Source: an uncultured delta proteobacterium (lineage in GTDB: Bacteria > Desulfobacterota > RBG-13-43-22). From it: a stretch of 64,000 bases of DNA. Positions within the stretch are counted from its first letter, which is position 1; the number at the start of each line of letters is the position of its first letter. The translations under genes were made by a program, and so were the position numbers. Of the stretch, positions 9,005-19,074 are shown in pieces. The stretch lies in contig CAWJJC010000019.1 in the NCBI GenBank assembly GCA_963843145.1, positions 38,652 through 102,651 on the forward strand. Direction: 5' to 3'. The notes under the pieces were generated by a model, which ran no database searches, had not been told where the DNA came from, and saw only the letters and a list, made by a program, of their open reading frames with translations.

Positions 9005-11074
9005 CTAGCGGCCCGGTTTTTGCCGGTACATGTTGAGATCCGCCTGGCGCAGGATCTGATCATAATCTTGGCAGTCCGAATGATCTCCCAGAGAAACCGT
9101 CAAATAACGGGTTTGGTTGTTTTGGTCTAAGACGCTCAAGTTTTTCAGGGTGACTACCAGCCGTTCCCGCACAAAGGCCAGTTGCTCCGGGTCGGTCCGG
9201 GGCAGGATTACCACGAATTCGTCCCCTCCGAAGCGGGCCACGATATCCGTGGTCCGCAGGCAGCTCTTGATGATTTCGGCGGTCTTTTTTAAGACCTGAT
9301 CTCCCACTAAATGCCCATAGCGATCATTCACTTCCTTGAACCGATCAATATCCAGCAGAATCATACTAAGATGATCCCGGTAACGGCGGGCCTTGGTGAC
9401 CTCTTCTTCCAGTCTTTTTTCCAGGTATTGGCGATTATAGACCCCGGTGAGACCATCCATGGTGGCCAGTTCGGAAAGCTTGGCCTCGAGGGCTTTATGC
9501 TCGCTTAGATCCTGGATGGACTCGATGGCCCCCCATAGTTCACCCGCCTGATCATAGATGGGGGCAGACCTGAAATGCAGATAGCGGTCTTTTCCCCCCA
9601 GGGATTCAAAAAATTCCTCGGCTTCAAAGCCCCCCGTCAACAAGGGATAAGCCCGCAATTTCTTATCCCCGTAGAGGCGGCCTAAGAGGGCCAGGTTCTG
9701 AGACAGGATAAGGTTGGCCAGGACCGGGCGTTCGACCGGATAAAAGGGCTTCCAGATATCCCGGCTGCCCGTTATTTCTTCTCCTAAAACGCCGGTCAAC
9801 TCGACACAGGCCCGATTCCAAAAAACCACCCGGTGGTCCCGGTCCAGGACGAAGGTCGGGATGGGACTGCCGTTGACCAGTTCCTCCATGATCGCCTTTT
9901 CCCGGGTTAAAACGGCCTCCAGGGTCTTTTGCTGGGTCAAGTCATGGAAAAAACCCACACTGCCGATTTCCCGGTCCCCTTCATAGAGCAGACTTCCGGA
10001 AAGACGCATGAGCAGCGCCGTGCCGTCCTTGGTCAGCAATTTCGTCCGGTAATCCATCAGCTTGCCGACCCCCCCGAAGTCCGGGCTGCGCAAGGCCTCT
10101 TTTACCTCGTGGGCTTTGCCGGGAGGATACAGCCGGGTAACATGGATCCGGCCAATGACTTCTTCCGGGGCATAGCCGATAATCTTGCCCGCCCCCTCAT
10201 TGAAAGTTATGACCTCGCCTCGCGGATCCACCGAGATAATCCCGTCCATGGAGCTTTGGATCAACGATTGCTCAAAGTCCAGACTGCGGCGCAGTTCCTT
10301 CTCCAGGTTTCTCTTACCCGTCACATCCCGGAGCATGACCGTGATCCCGGCCTGGGTTCCCCCTTCGTCCAGGTAACGAAAGGAAGTCAGGCTGATGTTC
10401 AAAAGGGCCTCCGATTTGGTCAAGCGGATGGTTTCAAAATCCTGGAGCACTTCGCCTCCCAGGACTTTCCGGATGCCCTCCCGCGTGGCCTCCATTTCGG
10501 ATTCAGGGACAAAGGGGATTTTTTGCCCGGAGAGTTCCGGCAACGTCCAGCCAAAGGTCTGTTCGAAGGCCGGATTAAGATAACGAACCGTCCCCTCAAA
10601 GTTGTAAATCACCAAAGGGATAGGGCAAGTCCTCAAAAAGGACTGGAAGGTTTCCTCCAGCTTCAGCAGTTTTATTTCCTTGGTGATATCCCGGGCGATC
10701 CCCACCAGGCCGGCCACGCGGCCGTTTTGAACGAAAGGCGCTTCGTTCACCTCCAACAGCAGTCGCCGGCCGTTTTTATGGTGAATTTCGACCGGGTAGG
10801 GCGGACATTTTTTCCCTTTTTCCAGGGCCTCCCGGGTCAAGACATGGACCCGCTCATTCAGGGGATTGGAGGTCATGAAAGTGCTGTAATGGACCTTCCA
10901 TTCCTCCTGGCTGTAGCCGGTGATCTTACTGACTCCCGGGGAGACATGCAGAAAGCGCCCTTCAGCATTATGGAGGTACACAAAGGCCTCAGAGGACTCG
11001 TTCAGGAGCTGGAGGACTTCCAGAAAGGGGAGGCCATCCTCTGACGGCAAGGGGGGTTCGCTGTGCTTATCCAC
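9005..11074 (-). CDS. Multi-PAS diguanylate cyclase
   Basis: Four PAS-like repeats, then DGLTGVYNR, RTTD I-site and intact GGDEF. Confidence 0.92.
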   Translation of the reverse strand: MDKHSEPPLPSEDGLPFLEVLQLLNESSEAFVYLHNAEGRFLHVSPGVSKITGYSQEEWKVHYSTFMTSNPLNERVHVLTREALEKGKKCPPYPVEIHHKNGRRLLLEVNEAPFVQNGRVAGLVGIARDITKEIKLLKLEETFQSFLRTCPIPLVIYNFEGTVRYLNPAFEQTFGWTLPELSGQKIPFVPESEMEATREGIRKVLGGEVLQDFETIRLTKSEALLNISLTSFRYLDEGGTQAGITVMLRDVTGKRNLEKELRRSLDFEQSLIQSSMDGIISVDPRGEVITFNEGAGKIIGYAPEEVIGRIHVTRLYPPGKAHEVKEALRSPDFGGVGKLMDYRTKLLTKDGTALLMRLSGSLLYEGDREIGSVGFFHDLTQQKTLEAVLTREKAIMEELVNGSPIPTFVLDRDHRVVFWNRACVELTGVLGEEITGSRDIWKPFYPVERPVLANLILSQNLALLGRLYGDKKLRAYPLLTGGFEAEEFFESLGGKDRYLHFRSAPIYDQAGELWGAIESIQDLSEHKALEAKLSELATMDGLTGVYNRQYLEKRLEEEVTKARRYRDHLSMILLDIDRFKEVNDRYGHLVGDQVLKKTAEIIKSCLRTTDIVARFGGDEFVVILPRTDPEQLAFVRERLVVTLKNLSVLDQNNQTRYLTVSLGDHSDCQDYDQILRQADLNMYRQKPGR

Positions 11075-11176
11075 GGATTCTTCCTTTTCAGGGCACGTTA
11101 GCTTTTACATGGTAATACGAAAATAAAAACGAATACCGAATATCGAACACCGAAATTCGAATGACGAAGTGGTCTT

Positions 11177-11233
11177 TCGTAGGGACGGCGACCCCGCCGC
11201 CCAAACCTGGGCCGGATTAGACCACCTTCGCCT
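11177..11233. repeat. GTAG-type REP copy
   Basis: TCGTAGGGACGGCGACCCCGCCGCCCAAACC..., reverse complement of ~3353-3411. Confidence 0.65.
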
Positions 11234-11304
11234 GTTAATTAGGAATTAGGAATTGATTATTGATTATTGGGTTCGTATCTCCTGCCGTTGTTCGTTATGG
11301 GGTT

Positions 11305-12438
11305 CTAATCTGAATTATAAAATGGGGCTTCCCGGTTCAATAATCGGCTTGTAGGCTCTCCAATGACCACCATGTTCTCCAGGCGGACGCCGCCCCAGCC
11401 CGGAAGATAGATCCCCGGTTCGATAGTCACCACCATGCCCGATTCCAGGAGGGCCGGTTTGACCGGGCTTAGACTGGGGGGCTCATGGGTGGCCAAACCC
11501 ACTCCATGGCCCAAAGAATGGTTGAAATGCCGTCCGTAGCCCCCTCGAACGATGACCGACCGGGCCAGGGTATCAGCCTCCCGCGTGTCCAGGCCGGCCC
11601 GTATTCCTTTTTCCGCTTTTTTCTGGGCCAGACGGACCAGACCATATACTTCGAGGAAGCGGTCATTGGGCCGACCCAGAAGAATCGTTCGGGAGAGGTC
11701 GGAACAATATCCGTCGACCTTGGCGCCAAAGTCAAAAATGATGGGTTCGCCTTTTTGAATCGGCCGGTCCGTGGGTTCGGCATGGGGTTGGCTGGCATTG
11801 GGCCCGGAGGCGACAATCGGTTCAAAGGCGATCGCCTCCCCCCCCTTTTGATGGATCAAGGTCTTTATTTTCCAGGCGATGGACCTTTCGGTCTGGCCGG
11901 GACGCAGGGTTGCGGCTATTTCCAGAAAAACCGCTTCAGTGACGGCCAGGGACCTCCGAATGGCCTTAATTTCTCCGGGATCCTTCCGGGCCCGTAACCC
12001 TTCGACCAGATTTTGAGTGGGGGTCAATCGAATCGAGGCTTTCGATTTTCGGATAATTTTCTTTAGCCGTTGATAAAAGTGGTAAGTAAGCCCCCCGCTC
12101 TCAAATCCCAATCGGTTCATCCCTTGAAGCCTTGCGCTTATCTCAGACCAGGAACCCTCCAGACCTTTACTATAAATAAAAGGAGTGTATCCGGGGGCTT
12201 CCCGCCGGGCCTCGATTTCATACCGGGGATCGGTTGCCAGGATGGCTAAAGAATCGCCGACAATCAGGAACCCGGCCGATTCATTTATTTGGGGGTCCGC
12301 CGGTTTAAACCCGCTTAAGTAGCGCCGGTTTTCCGGTTGGGTGACCAGCAGGGCCGAAAGACCTTGAGCCTTCAGGGGTTCTTGAAGCATTTCCAGCCGG
12401 CGTTTTTGGGCTGGATACGGGGTGCTGCGGGCAGCCAT
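11305..12438 (-). CDS. Xaa-Pro peptidase (M24 family)
   Basis: Creatinase-N domain, DFGA..GYCSDLSRT, HSLGHGVGL..HE, TIEPGIY, GVRLEN. Confidence 0.93.
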   Translation of the reverse strand: MAARSTPYPAQKRRLEMLQEPLKAQGLSALLVTQPENRRYLSGFKPADPQINESAGFLIVGDSLAILATDPRYEIEARREAPGYTPFIYSKGLEGSWSEISARLQGMNRLGFESGGLTYHFYQRLKKIIRKSKASIRLTPTQNLVEGLRARKDPGEIKAIRRSLAVTEAVFLEIAATLRPGQTERSIAWKIKTLIHQKGGEAIAFEPIVASGPNASQPHAEPTDRPIQKGEPIIFDFGAKVDGYCSDLSRTILLGRPNDRFLEVYGLVRLAQKKAEKGIRAGLDTREADTLARSVIVRGGYGRHFNHSLGHGVGLATHEPPSLSPVKPALLESGMVVTIEPGIYLPGWGGVRLENMVVIGEPTSRLLNREAPFYNSD

Positions 12439-12524
12439 GTCTCCTCCTAAATGTTTCTTTAACTTGACTTTTTTCTAAGAAAGCTTATATTTTAAACATA
12501 AAATGTTCAATTATATAGACGGTC

Positions 12525-13067
12525 ATGAAGCAAGGCTTTTCCCAAAATGATATTTTAATGGTAGACCGGGCGTTGGAAATCGCGGAAGACGCTGCGTGTA
12601 ATCATTATCATATTTCCGGCAGTAATTGGAAGAATTATGGCTTTGAGGTTTCCCCGCTGGCCCAATTACAGGAGGAGGAAATAACCGACCAGGGACTGGC
12701 TCAGATCAGTCGCTATGTTTTTGCCCCCTATCAATGGATGCCGGCCCCCTGTCTGAGGGATTATTACCGGGTTTGCCTTCAGGATCATAATATTCTTAAG
12801 GTGGTGGAGCGGGGCGAGGGATTGGAGTTATTCCCCCTGATGATCTATATTTTAACCCATGAACTGGTCCATATTATCCGGTTCAGGAAATTTTTTCAGC
12901 GTTTTGATGTAAGAAGCGAGGAGCGGGAGATCGAGGAAAGCAAGGTCCATTCGACCACCTTTGATATTCTCAGGCCTATAAAAAAAATTGATTTGCAGCC
13001 GATATTTGATTCTTATTTGGGGCATCGTTGCCCCGGTGTAGGGGCGGGTTCCTACACCCATAGTTAA
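12525..13067 (+). CDS. Hypothetical protein with HExxH zincin-like motif
   Basis: 180 aa ORF, THELVH followed by a downstream EE. Confidence 0.7.
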   Translation: MKQGFSQNDILMVDRALEIAEDAACNHYHISGSNWKNYGFEVSPLAQLQEEEITDQGLAQISRYVFAPYQWMPAPCLRDYYRVCLQDHNILKVVERGEGLELFPLMIYILTHELVHIIRFRKFFQRFDVRSEEREIEESKVHSTTFDILRPIKKIDLQPIFDSYLGHRCPGVGAGSYTHS

Positions 13068-13197
13068 TAGTTAATTATTATCAATTGATTATTAATTATT
13101 TAGGTCAACCTGTTAGAATTATGTCGCCCCCTTTGTTTTTAGCTTTGCGGGTGTCCACCCCGGGCATGGGGGTTTAATAAAAGGAGGAGATTGAGAA

Positions 13198-13485
13198 ATG
13201 CCCATTTACGAGTACCAATGTCAAAAATGCCGGGAAGTGACGGAGGCCATGCAGAAGTTTTCGGATTCCCCTTTGACCCAATGCCCTGCCTGCCAGGGGG
13301 AGTTGAAGAAGATGATTTCCCATAGCAGCTTCCACCTGAAAGGCAGCGGCTGGTATGTGACCGATTACGCCCACAAAGGATCTTCGGCACCGGAAGTGAA
13401 AAAAAGCGCCCCCGCGGATAAACCCGCTGCTGCGGTGGAAAGCGGCACCTCGGCCGCGCCTGCTCCTAAGACCGACCCGGCTTAA
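13198..13485 (+). CDS. FmdB family zinc-ribbon protein
   Basis: MPIYEYQCQKC...CPAC...FHLKGSGWYVTDY; SD AGGAGG. Confidence 0.9.
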   Translation: MPIYEYQCQKCREVTEAMQKFSDSPLTQCPACQGELKKMISHSSFHLKGSGWYVTDYAHKGSSAPEVKKSAPADKPAAAVESGTSAAPAPKTDPA

Positions 13486-13519
13486 GGGCTTTAAATTCGC
13501 CCCTAGCAATTTAACCCCC

Positions 13520-13557
13520 AAAAACCATGGTGCCCGTTTAGGCCATGGTTTTTTTTT
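13520..13557 (+). terminator. Intrinsic terminator after the FmdB-family gene
   Basis: AAAACCATGG...CCATGGTTTTTTTTT. Confidence 0.55.
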
Positions 13558-13569
13558 GCCCGGAAGGCC

Positions 13570-16012
13570 ATGAGCAATAAAAACAACCCCCACCATTATG
13601 TGTGCATCCATGGTCATTTTTACCAGCCTCCCCGGGAAAATCCTTGGCTGGGGGCGGTGGAGCGGGAGGAAGGCGCCGCTCCCTATCAGGACTGGAACGA
13701 ACGGATAACGGCCGAATGCTATGCCCCGAACGCCCGCTCCCGGATTCTGAATGACCAGGGAAAAGTGGCCCGGATCAGTAATAATTATGAGAAAATCAGC
13801 TTCAATTTCGGGCCTACCCTCCTTTCCTGGATCGCGGAAAAGGCGCCAGCCGTTTTCAGGGGATTAAAGATCGCCGACAATCGATCCCGGGCCGTTCGGG
13901 GAGGGCATGGCAATGCCTTGGCCCAACCCTACACCCACGTCATCCTGCCTTTGACCGAGACCCGTGATCTCCTCACCCAGATCCGCTGGGGGATAGCGGC
14001 CTTCAGGCATACCTGGGGGCGGTCCCCGGAAGGAATGTGGCTTCCTGAGACGGCTGTCGATGTAAAGACTCTGGAGGCCCTGGCTCTGGAGGAGGTGGGG
14101 TTTACCATTCTGGCGCCCCATCAGGTCAGGCGATTTCGCCCGGCGGGTAAAAAGGAATGGCAGGAATTTAAAACAGGGGTTAATCCCCGTCGGGCCTATT
14201 GGTGTCCTCTGCCCTCGGGGAAAAAGATCGCCCTCTTCTTTTATGACGGCGCCCTGTCCCATGGCATCGCCTTCCAGGATACCCTTGCTGACGGGGGGGG
14301 CTACGCCCGGCGCCTAATGGAGTCCTTTGATCCCTTGGACCCGTCTCCGCAACTGGTGCAGGTGGCCACCGACGGAGAGTCCTATGGGCACCACCGGCCT
14401 TTTGGGGATATGGCCCTGGCCTATGCCCTTTATCGCTTGGAAAACGATTCGCGGGTTCGGTTGACCAATTACGGCCAATTTCTGGAACTATTCCCCCCCC
14501 AATTTGAAGTGGAGATCCGGGAAAATACTTCCTGGAGTTGCGCCCACGGTATCGGACGCTGGCAGGAGGATTGCGGGTGCCGGGCCGGCGGTCAGGAGCA
14601 GCATCAGCAGTGGCGGAAGCCACTTCGGGAAGGATTGAACCGGCTGAAGAAGGAGCTGGATATCCTTTTCGAGGAACAGGGTTCGATCGGATTAAAGGAC
14701 CCCTGGCAGGCCCGGGACTCTTATGTGCAAGTAGTGCTCAACCGTTCGGCCAATACGATTAACCGGTTTTTCCGGGAACAGGCCCGTCAGAAAAGACTCT
14801 CTCTCGATGATCGGGTCAAGACCTTGAAACTCTTGGAGATGCAACATAACAGCCTGCTCATGTTCACCAGTTGCGGCTGGTTTTTCGATGAGATCAGCGG
14901 CCTGGAGACCAGACAGATCCTCAAATACGCCTGCCGGGCCATCCAATTGGCCCGGGATTTCGACCGGGACCTGGAGCCTCTGCTCCTTTCTTATTTGTCG
15001 CGGGCCCCCAGCAATCTGGAGGAATACCGGGACGGCCGGGGGGTGTGGGAGCGGCTCATCCGGCCGTTGGCCGTGGATTTAAACCAGGTCTTGGCCCACC
15101 AGGCCATCGCTTCCCTGTATCGGGCCCCCGAGGAACGTTCCGCGGTCTATTGTTATGACCTGAAAAATCCCGATCAGGAAGTGCAGCGCCAGAACGGCAC
15201 CCAGTTGGCCGTCGGCCGGCTCCAGGTGCATTCCCGCCTGACCGGGGAAGAGCGGGAAATGATCTATGCCGTCCTTCATTTCGGGGGGCTGGATTTTTAT
15301 TGCCGCCTGAAGGCCTATCAACAAGCCGAAAGTCTACCAAACCTTTAAGGCTGAACTTCAGGAACTCTACCAGACCGCCTCGCTGGGGGAAGTATATGAT
15401 CACATCAGAGAATTCTGCGGTGGGCGACATTATTATCTCAAGGATCTTTTTTTGGAGGAGCGTCGTCACCTGATTGACCTGATTCTAGAGGACCGGTTGA
15501 AGGAATATTACCAGCAGATGGGCGAATGGGTCCGGGTCGATGAAGGGGTGATGAAAAAATTGCTGCATTGGGGAGTTCCCCTTCCCCCGCCCATGGGCTG
15601 GGCTTTGCGCCAGTCTTTAAAAAAGGCCTGGGACCAGGCCCTGGAGGAAGGCCCGGTCGACACTCGGAAATGGGAGGCCTTGAGTAGCCTATTGGAAAGG
15701 ATGCAAAAGCTGGAATTCCCCATTGACAAAAACCAGATGGCGGAGACTTTTCAGCAAAAGGCGACGCAGTGGATGAAGGGTCTGGCTCAAGCCCCGGAAC
15801 CTTCCTCCGTCTTCGGCCGAGTTAGAGAACTCCTGGCGGGGGCCGGGAAGTTGGGCCTAGCGGTCAATCTCTGGCCCGTGCAGAACAGTTTTCTGGACGC
15901 CTGCCTGCTGGTCTCGGATTTATCCCCCCGGGGATTGAACGAGTATCGGGCTTTTGCCGAAGAACTGGAATTGCCGGTTTCCGTGGTTCCCGAGAGGGCA
16001 GCAAGTAGATAA
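13570..16012 (+). CDS. Glycoside hydrolase family 57 / DUF3536 protein (one apparent frameshift ~15330)
   Basis: HGHFYQPPRENPW, WLPETA, ATDGESYGHH, MFTSCGWFFD; reading continues in another frame into the 15452..16012 ORF. Confidence 0.88.
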
Positions 16013-16061
16013 CGCCCGCCTTTAACCTCTCTGCCCGAGTCGGCCTGCAACGAGACCTGTC

Positions 16062-16125
16062 GGCGAGCCCTTCGACAGGCTCAGGGCCTTGAGCTTGCCG
16101 AAAAGGCTCAGGATGAGCTGCTCCG
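16062..16125. repeat. CCCTTCGACAGGCTCAGG-type palindromic repeat
   Basis: Shares GAGCCCTTCG and TTGAGCTTGYCGAAAAGGCTCAGG with 27390-27466. Confidence 0.6.
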
Positions 16126-16409
16126 GCGAGTCGGAGAAGGTCAGGGTGTGAGAAATATCCTTTCAAGGCAGCTCCCCACTTATTTCCATAGAAACCAAAC
16201 GAATACACTTGAGCGTAGGACCTGGTGGCTAAAACAATTAGCCTGCGGCCTAAAGAAGATGTGTATAAGCTAGTTGTCGAGGCGGCCTAGGCCGAAAACC
16301 GGCTCTTTCCCGGCTTCGGGAGAGGCAATTCGTAGGCCGGAAGAACTGGACGGCATTTTGTCCGATTTAGGGTAATCGGGGCTGTTTTCTCTGTGTAACG
16401 GGTTGTTGG

Positions 16410-16832
16410 TTACCCTTTGTTAAGATATCCCCGGATAAGCCTCATAAAAACCAGAAAGTCCTCCAGCCGATAACGGACGAATTCGATCAGCATTTCCAGG
16501 TCGACCCTCAGGTAATCATGAACCAGGATGTTCCGCAGGCCGGCCATTCCTTTGATTTCTTCCGCGAAATCGGAAGGGATCACGCGGTGGACCCCAAGTT
16601 TTCGTATGATTTGTGAGTAATCATCCCAATCATTCTTAAAGCCGCCCGCCAATATATGGGCACCGATATCCAAAAGATTCTGGATCAGCACCTGAAGACC
16701 TTTCTCCAGGATCCACTGCAGGCCGAGGTCGGAATTTAGGGCTTCCGGAGAGAGATCCTGATACATTTTCAACCGGGCCAAGGCCTCTTCCATTTTTTGC
16801 AGATGCTCCTCGATCAGTTCCCGATCAATCAT
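16410..16832 (-). CDS. HEPN/DUF86 RNase toxin (HepT-like)
   Basis: RNILVH (RxxxxH) motif; overlaps the upstream nucleotidyltransferase gene. Confidence 0.88.
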   Translation of the reverse strand: MIDRELIEEHLQKMEEALARLKMYQDLSPEALNSDLGLQWILEKGLQVLIQNLLDIGAHILAGGFKNDWDDYSQIIRKLGVHRVIPSDFAEEIKGMAGLRNILVHDYLRVDLEMLIEFVRYRLEDFLVFMRLIRGYLNKG

Positions 16833-17286
16833 AAGCGGATAATCCTATGGCGATCCGCTTCTCGGAATAGGTTCGCTTAATGCGGCGCAGGTATCGGGTG
16901 TCGGCGTGTCGCTTTAGGGCCGATATTTCGAATTCGTGCCTGATTTCTTCGGAGCGACTGAAGATCAACCGTCCGGTATGGATGACCTGATAGGTCAGCA
17001 CCGGGGAAGCACGGTGCAGCAGGGTGAGATCGACCCGGTTGATTTTCAAATGGGCCATGATAGCGGTATTTAGCTCCGCCGGGTAGCCGTAAGGCGCTTC
17101 ACGATCCATGGTTTCAAGTCGGTCCGAATTAACCAGGACGGCCAGGTCCAGATCTCGGGGAATCCTGGTCGAGGTAGTGAGTAATGAGCCGAAGAGATAG
17201 GCCAGAAGGATTTCCGGTCGGTCCCTGAAAAATGTATAGAGCCGAGCCTCGACCACTTCCACCGATAATTTGGGTAACGATTCCAT
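16825..17286 (-). CDS. Minimal nucleotidyltransferase antitoxin (MntA-like)
   Basis: AYLFGS-x10-DLD, VDL motif; start could lie up to 17307. Confidence 0.85.
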   Translation of the reverse strand: MESLPKLSVEVVEARLYTFFRDRPEILLAYLFGSLLTTSTRIPRDLDLAVLVNSDRLETMDREAPYGYPAELNTAIMAHLKINRVDLTLLHRASPVLTYQVIHTGRLIFSRSEEIRHEFEISALKRHADTRYLRRIKRTYSEKRIAIGLSAYD

Positions 17287-17343
17287 GATGATCATAATAT
17301 ATACCATATTGAACAGGATAGAAAATTAATTAGTCTCCCTGGA

Positions 17344-17412
17344 TCAGGCCAAAAAATGCACCCCGAGGCGGATATCGCTCTCAGCGGAGACGGACCCAGC
17401 GGACTTCGGAGC
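17344..17412 (-). pseudogene. 3' remnant of a third PilZ paralogue
   Basis: Allowing one extra G it reads SEVRWSVSAESDIRLGVHFLA*, matching the C-termini of the two adjacent PilZ genes. Confidence 0.5.
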
Positions 17413-17482
17413 CTAAATATACATAGAATCCAACAGCCCTTCTAATCCAGGGGCGAGTCTCTTCGTTTCACACAGAATGAAT

Positions 17483-17782
17483 TTAAAATAGAAATTTCAA
17501 GCCGAGGCGGCAGCGACCCTTTTCTGTCCCGGACCAGCGGACTTCGGAAGTAGTTGGAATTATAGTGTTTGAATCTCCGAGGGGAATGTAAAGTTTTACG
17601 ACATCCCCCGGGGACAATAACCGGTCGGTAAGGATACCGATCCCACTGGAACTGATATCAAGGCCGCGTCCTTCAATCCGCATGGTGTTGGAAGGACCTG
17701 ATTTCGTACCATAAATTTCGAAAAGGACGGGGTAGGAAAAAGAGGCGCGATCCAGCTTCCTTTTTTCTATATTCGGTTCCAT
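17483..17782 (-). CDS. PilZ domain protein
   Basis: RKLDR (RxxxR) and DISSSG (DxSxxG), EVRW...LGLKF. Confidence 0.88.
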   Translation of the reverse strand: MEPNIEKRKLDRASFSYPVLFEIYGTKSGPSNTMRIEGRGLDISSSGIGILTDRLLSPGDVVKLYIPLGDSNTIIPTTSEVRWSGTEKGRCRLGLKFLF

Positions 17783-17849
17783 AATAGCCCTTTCTTATAC
17801 GCAAATAGTAGACCAAGGGAATCGTTTTTATTTGGGTGCCTGCTTTTTT

Positions 17850-18149
17850 CTATACTAGGAAATGAAGCCCCATCCGGTAATTTCCCCCTGATTTCCTTGT
17901 CCAGCGCACCTCCGAAAAAGTCGGGATCATCGTTTTCGGCTCCCCGAGAGGGAGATATAATTTTACCACCCCGCCCGGATTTATCGGTTTTTCGTTCAAG
18001 ATCCCGATTCCATTCGAATTGATATCGACTCCGTCCGCTCGGAGCTGAACAGAGTCGAAACATCCGAGCTCCGGATCATTGCATTCAAGGAGAACAGGAT
18101 AGGGGAAGGCAGTGCGTTCCAGTTGTCTTTTGTCCGGTGTTTTTTTCAT
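17850..18149 (-). CDS. PilZ domain protein
   Basis: RQLER and DINSNG, EVRW...MGLHF; paralogue of the neighbour. Confidence 0.85.
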   Translation of the reverse strand: MKKTPDKRQLERTAFPYPVLLECNDPELGCFDSVQLRADGVDINSNGIGILNEKPINPGGVVKLYLPLGEPKTMIPTFSEVRWTRKSGGNYRMGLHFLV

Positions 18150-18422
18150 AAGTCGGCCTTATTTTAGATTCGAGGATATCGAGGACAAAATCCTTCTAAG
18201 AACCTGCAAATTTTGATAAAAATTCTATTCCGTTTCATGAATAAAACAATCCCTCAAAAGTGGGGATTTTGGGGTTGCAAACCGTCCATATGGTTTTATA
18301 ATAGTTTCTCCTAACAAGGAAACGATACAAACCAAACATATTTGGCGAACTAAATATTCAAGTTTCCTTGACATTCGACGATATCAAGAAGAAAATGGAT
18401 AGAATGCTTCGGGGGAGATTTC

Positions 18423-18965
18423 TTGGACCAGTTAGCTAAAATCATCAACCAGCGCGCCATCCCCGGGACCTTGATTTTTGACCTCAACAATCGACTTCTT
18501 TTTATTAACAATGAAGCCGTGGCCCTGCTTCCTGAAAAAAAATCGGAAATCCCCCAGGAAATTTATTCTCTCTGCGAACGGCTCAAGGAAGGCCCCTCTT
18601 CAGAAGATCTATCCGAAATTAATAATCAAAACGGTATAATACTTCAAAATGAAACGGGCTTTCATTATTCGGCCCGTGCCTTCCTGATCAGCCGCCGAAT
18701 GGCCGAGGGAGAGGTTTCCCATATTATGGTCTTGTTGGAGCGGGTAGCGGAAAAGCATTCCCTCAATTACGAAAGCGTGGCCGAACGGTTTGCCTTAAGC
18801 AAGAGGGAAGTAGAGGTCGTCCGCTTGATCTGCGAAGGCTTCAACAACCGGGAAATTGGGCAGAAATTATATATCAGCGAGCATACGGTCAAGGATCATA
18901 TCAAAAATATCATGCGAAAGATGGAAGTGGCCTCCAGGAACGAACTGGTGGCGGTCCTGCTTTAA
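18423..18965 (+). CDS. LuxR-type HTH regulator with PAS-like N-terminus
   Basis: LSKREVEVVRLICEGFNNREIGQKLYISEHTVKDHIKNIMRK. Confidence 0.88.
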   Translation: MDQLAKIINQRAIPGTLIFDLNNRLLFINNEAVALLPEKKSEIPQEIYSLCERLKEGPSSEDLSEINNQNGIILQNETGFHYSARAFLISRRMAEGEVSHIMVLLERVAEKHSLNYESVAERFALSKREVEVVRLICEGFNNREIGQKLYISEHTVKDHIKNIMRKMEVASRNELVAVLL

Positions 18966-18985
18966 GGCCCGGAGCGCCGGTGAGG

Positions 18986-19066
18986 GGTTAGGGTGCAGGG
19001 GATAGGGGGCAGTGTTGAAGATTAAATCTTTTCCCCAACACCCTATACCCCATACCCTAAACCCTG
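18986..19066. repeat. Heptamer (TAGGGT/ACCCTA-type) inverted-array hairpin
   Basis: GGTTAGGGTGCAGGGGATAGGGGG ... CCCCAACACCCTATACCCCATACCCTAAACCCTG. Confidence 0.7.
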
Positions 19067-19074
19067 AATTTTAA

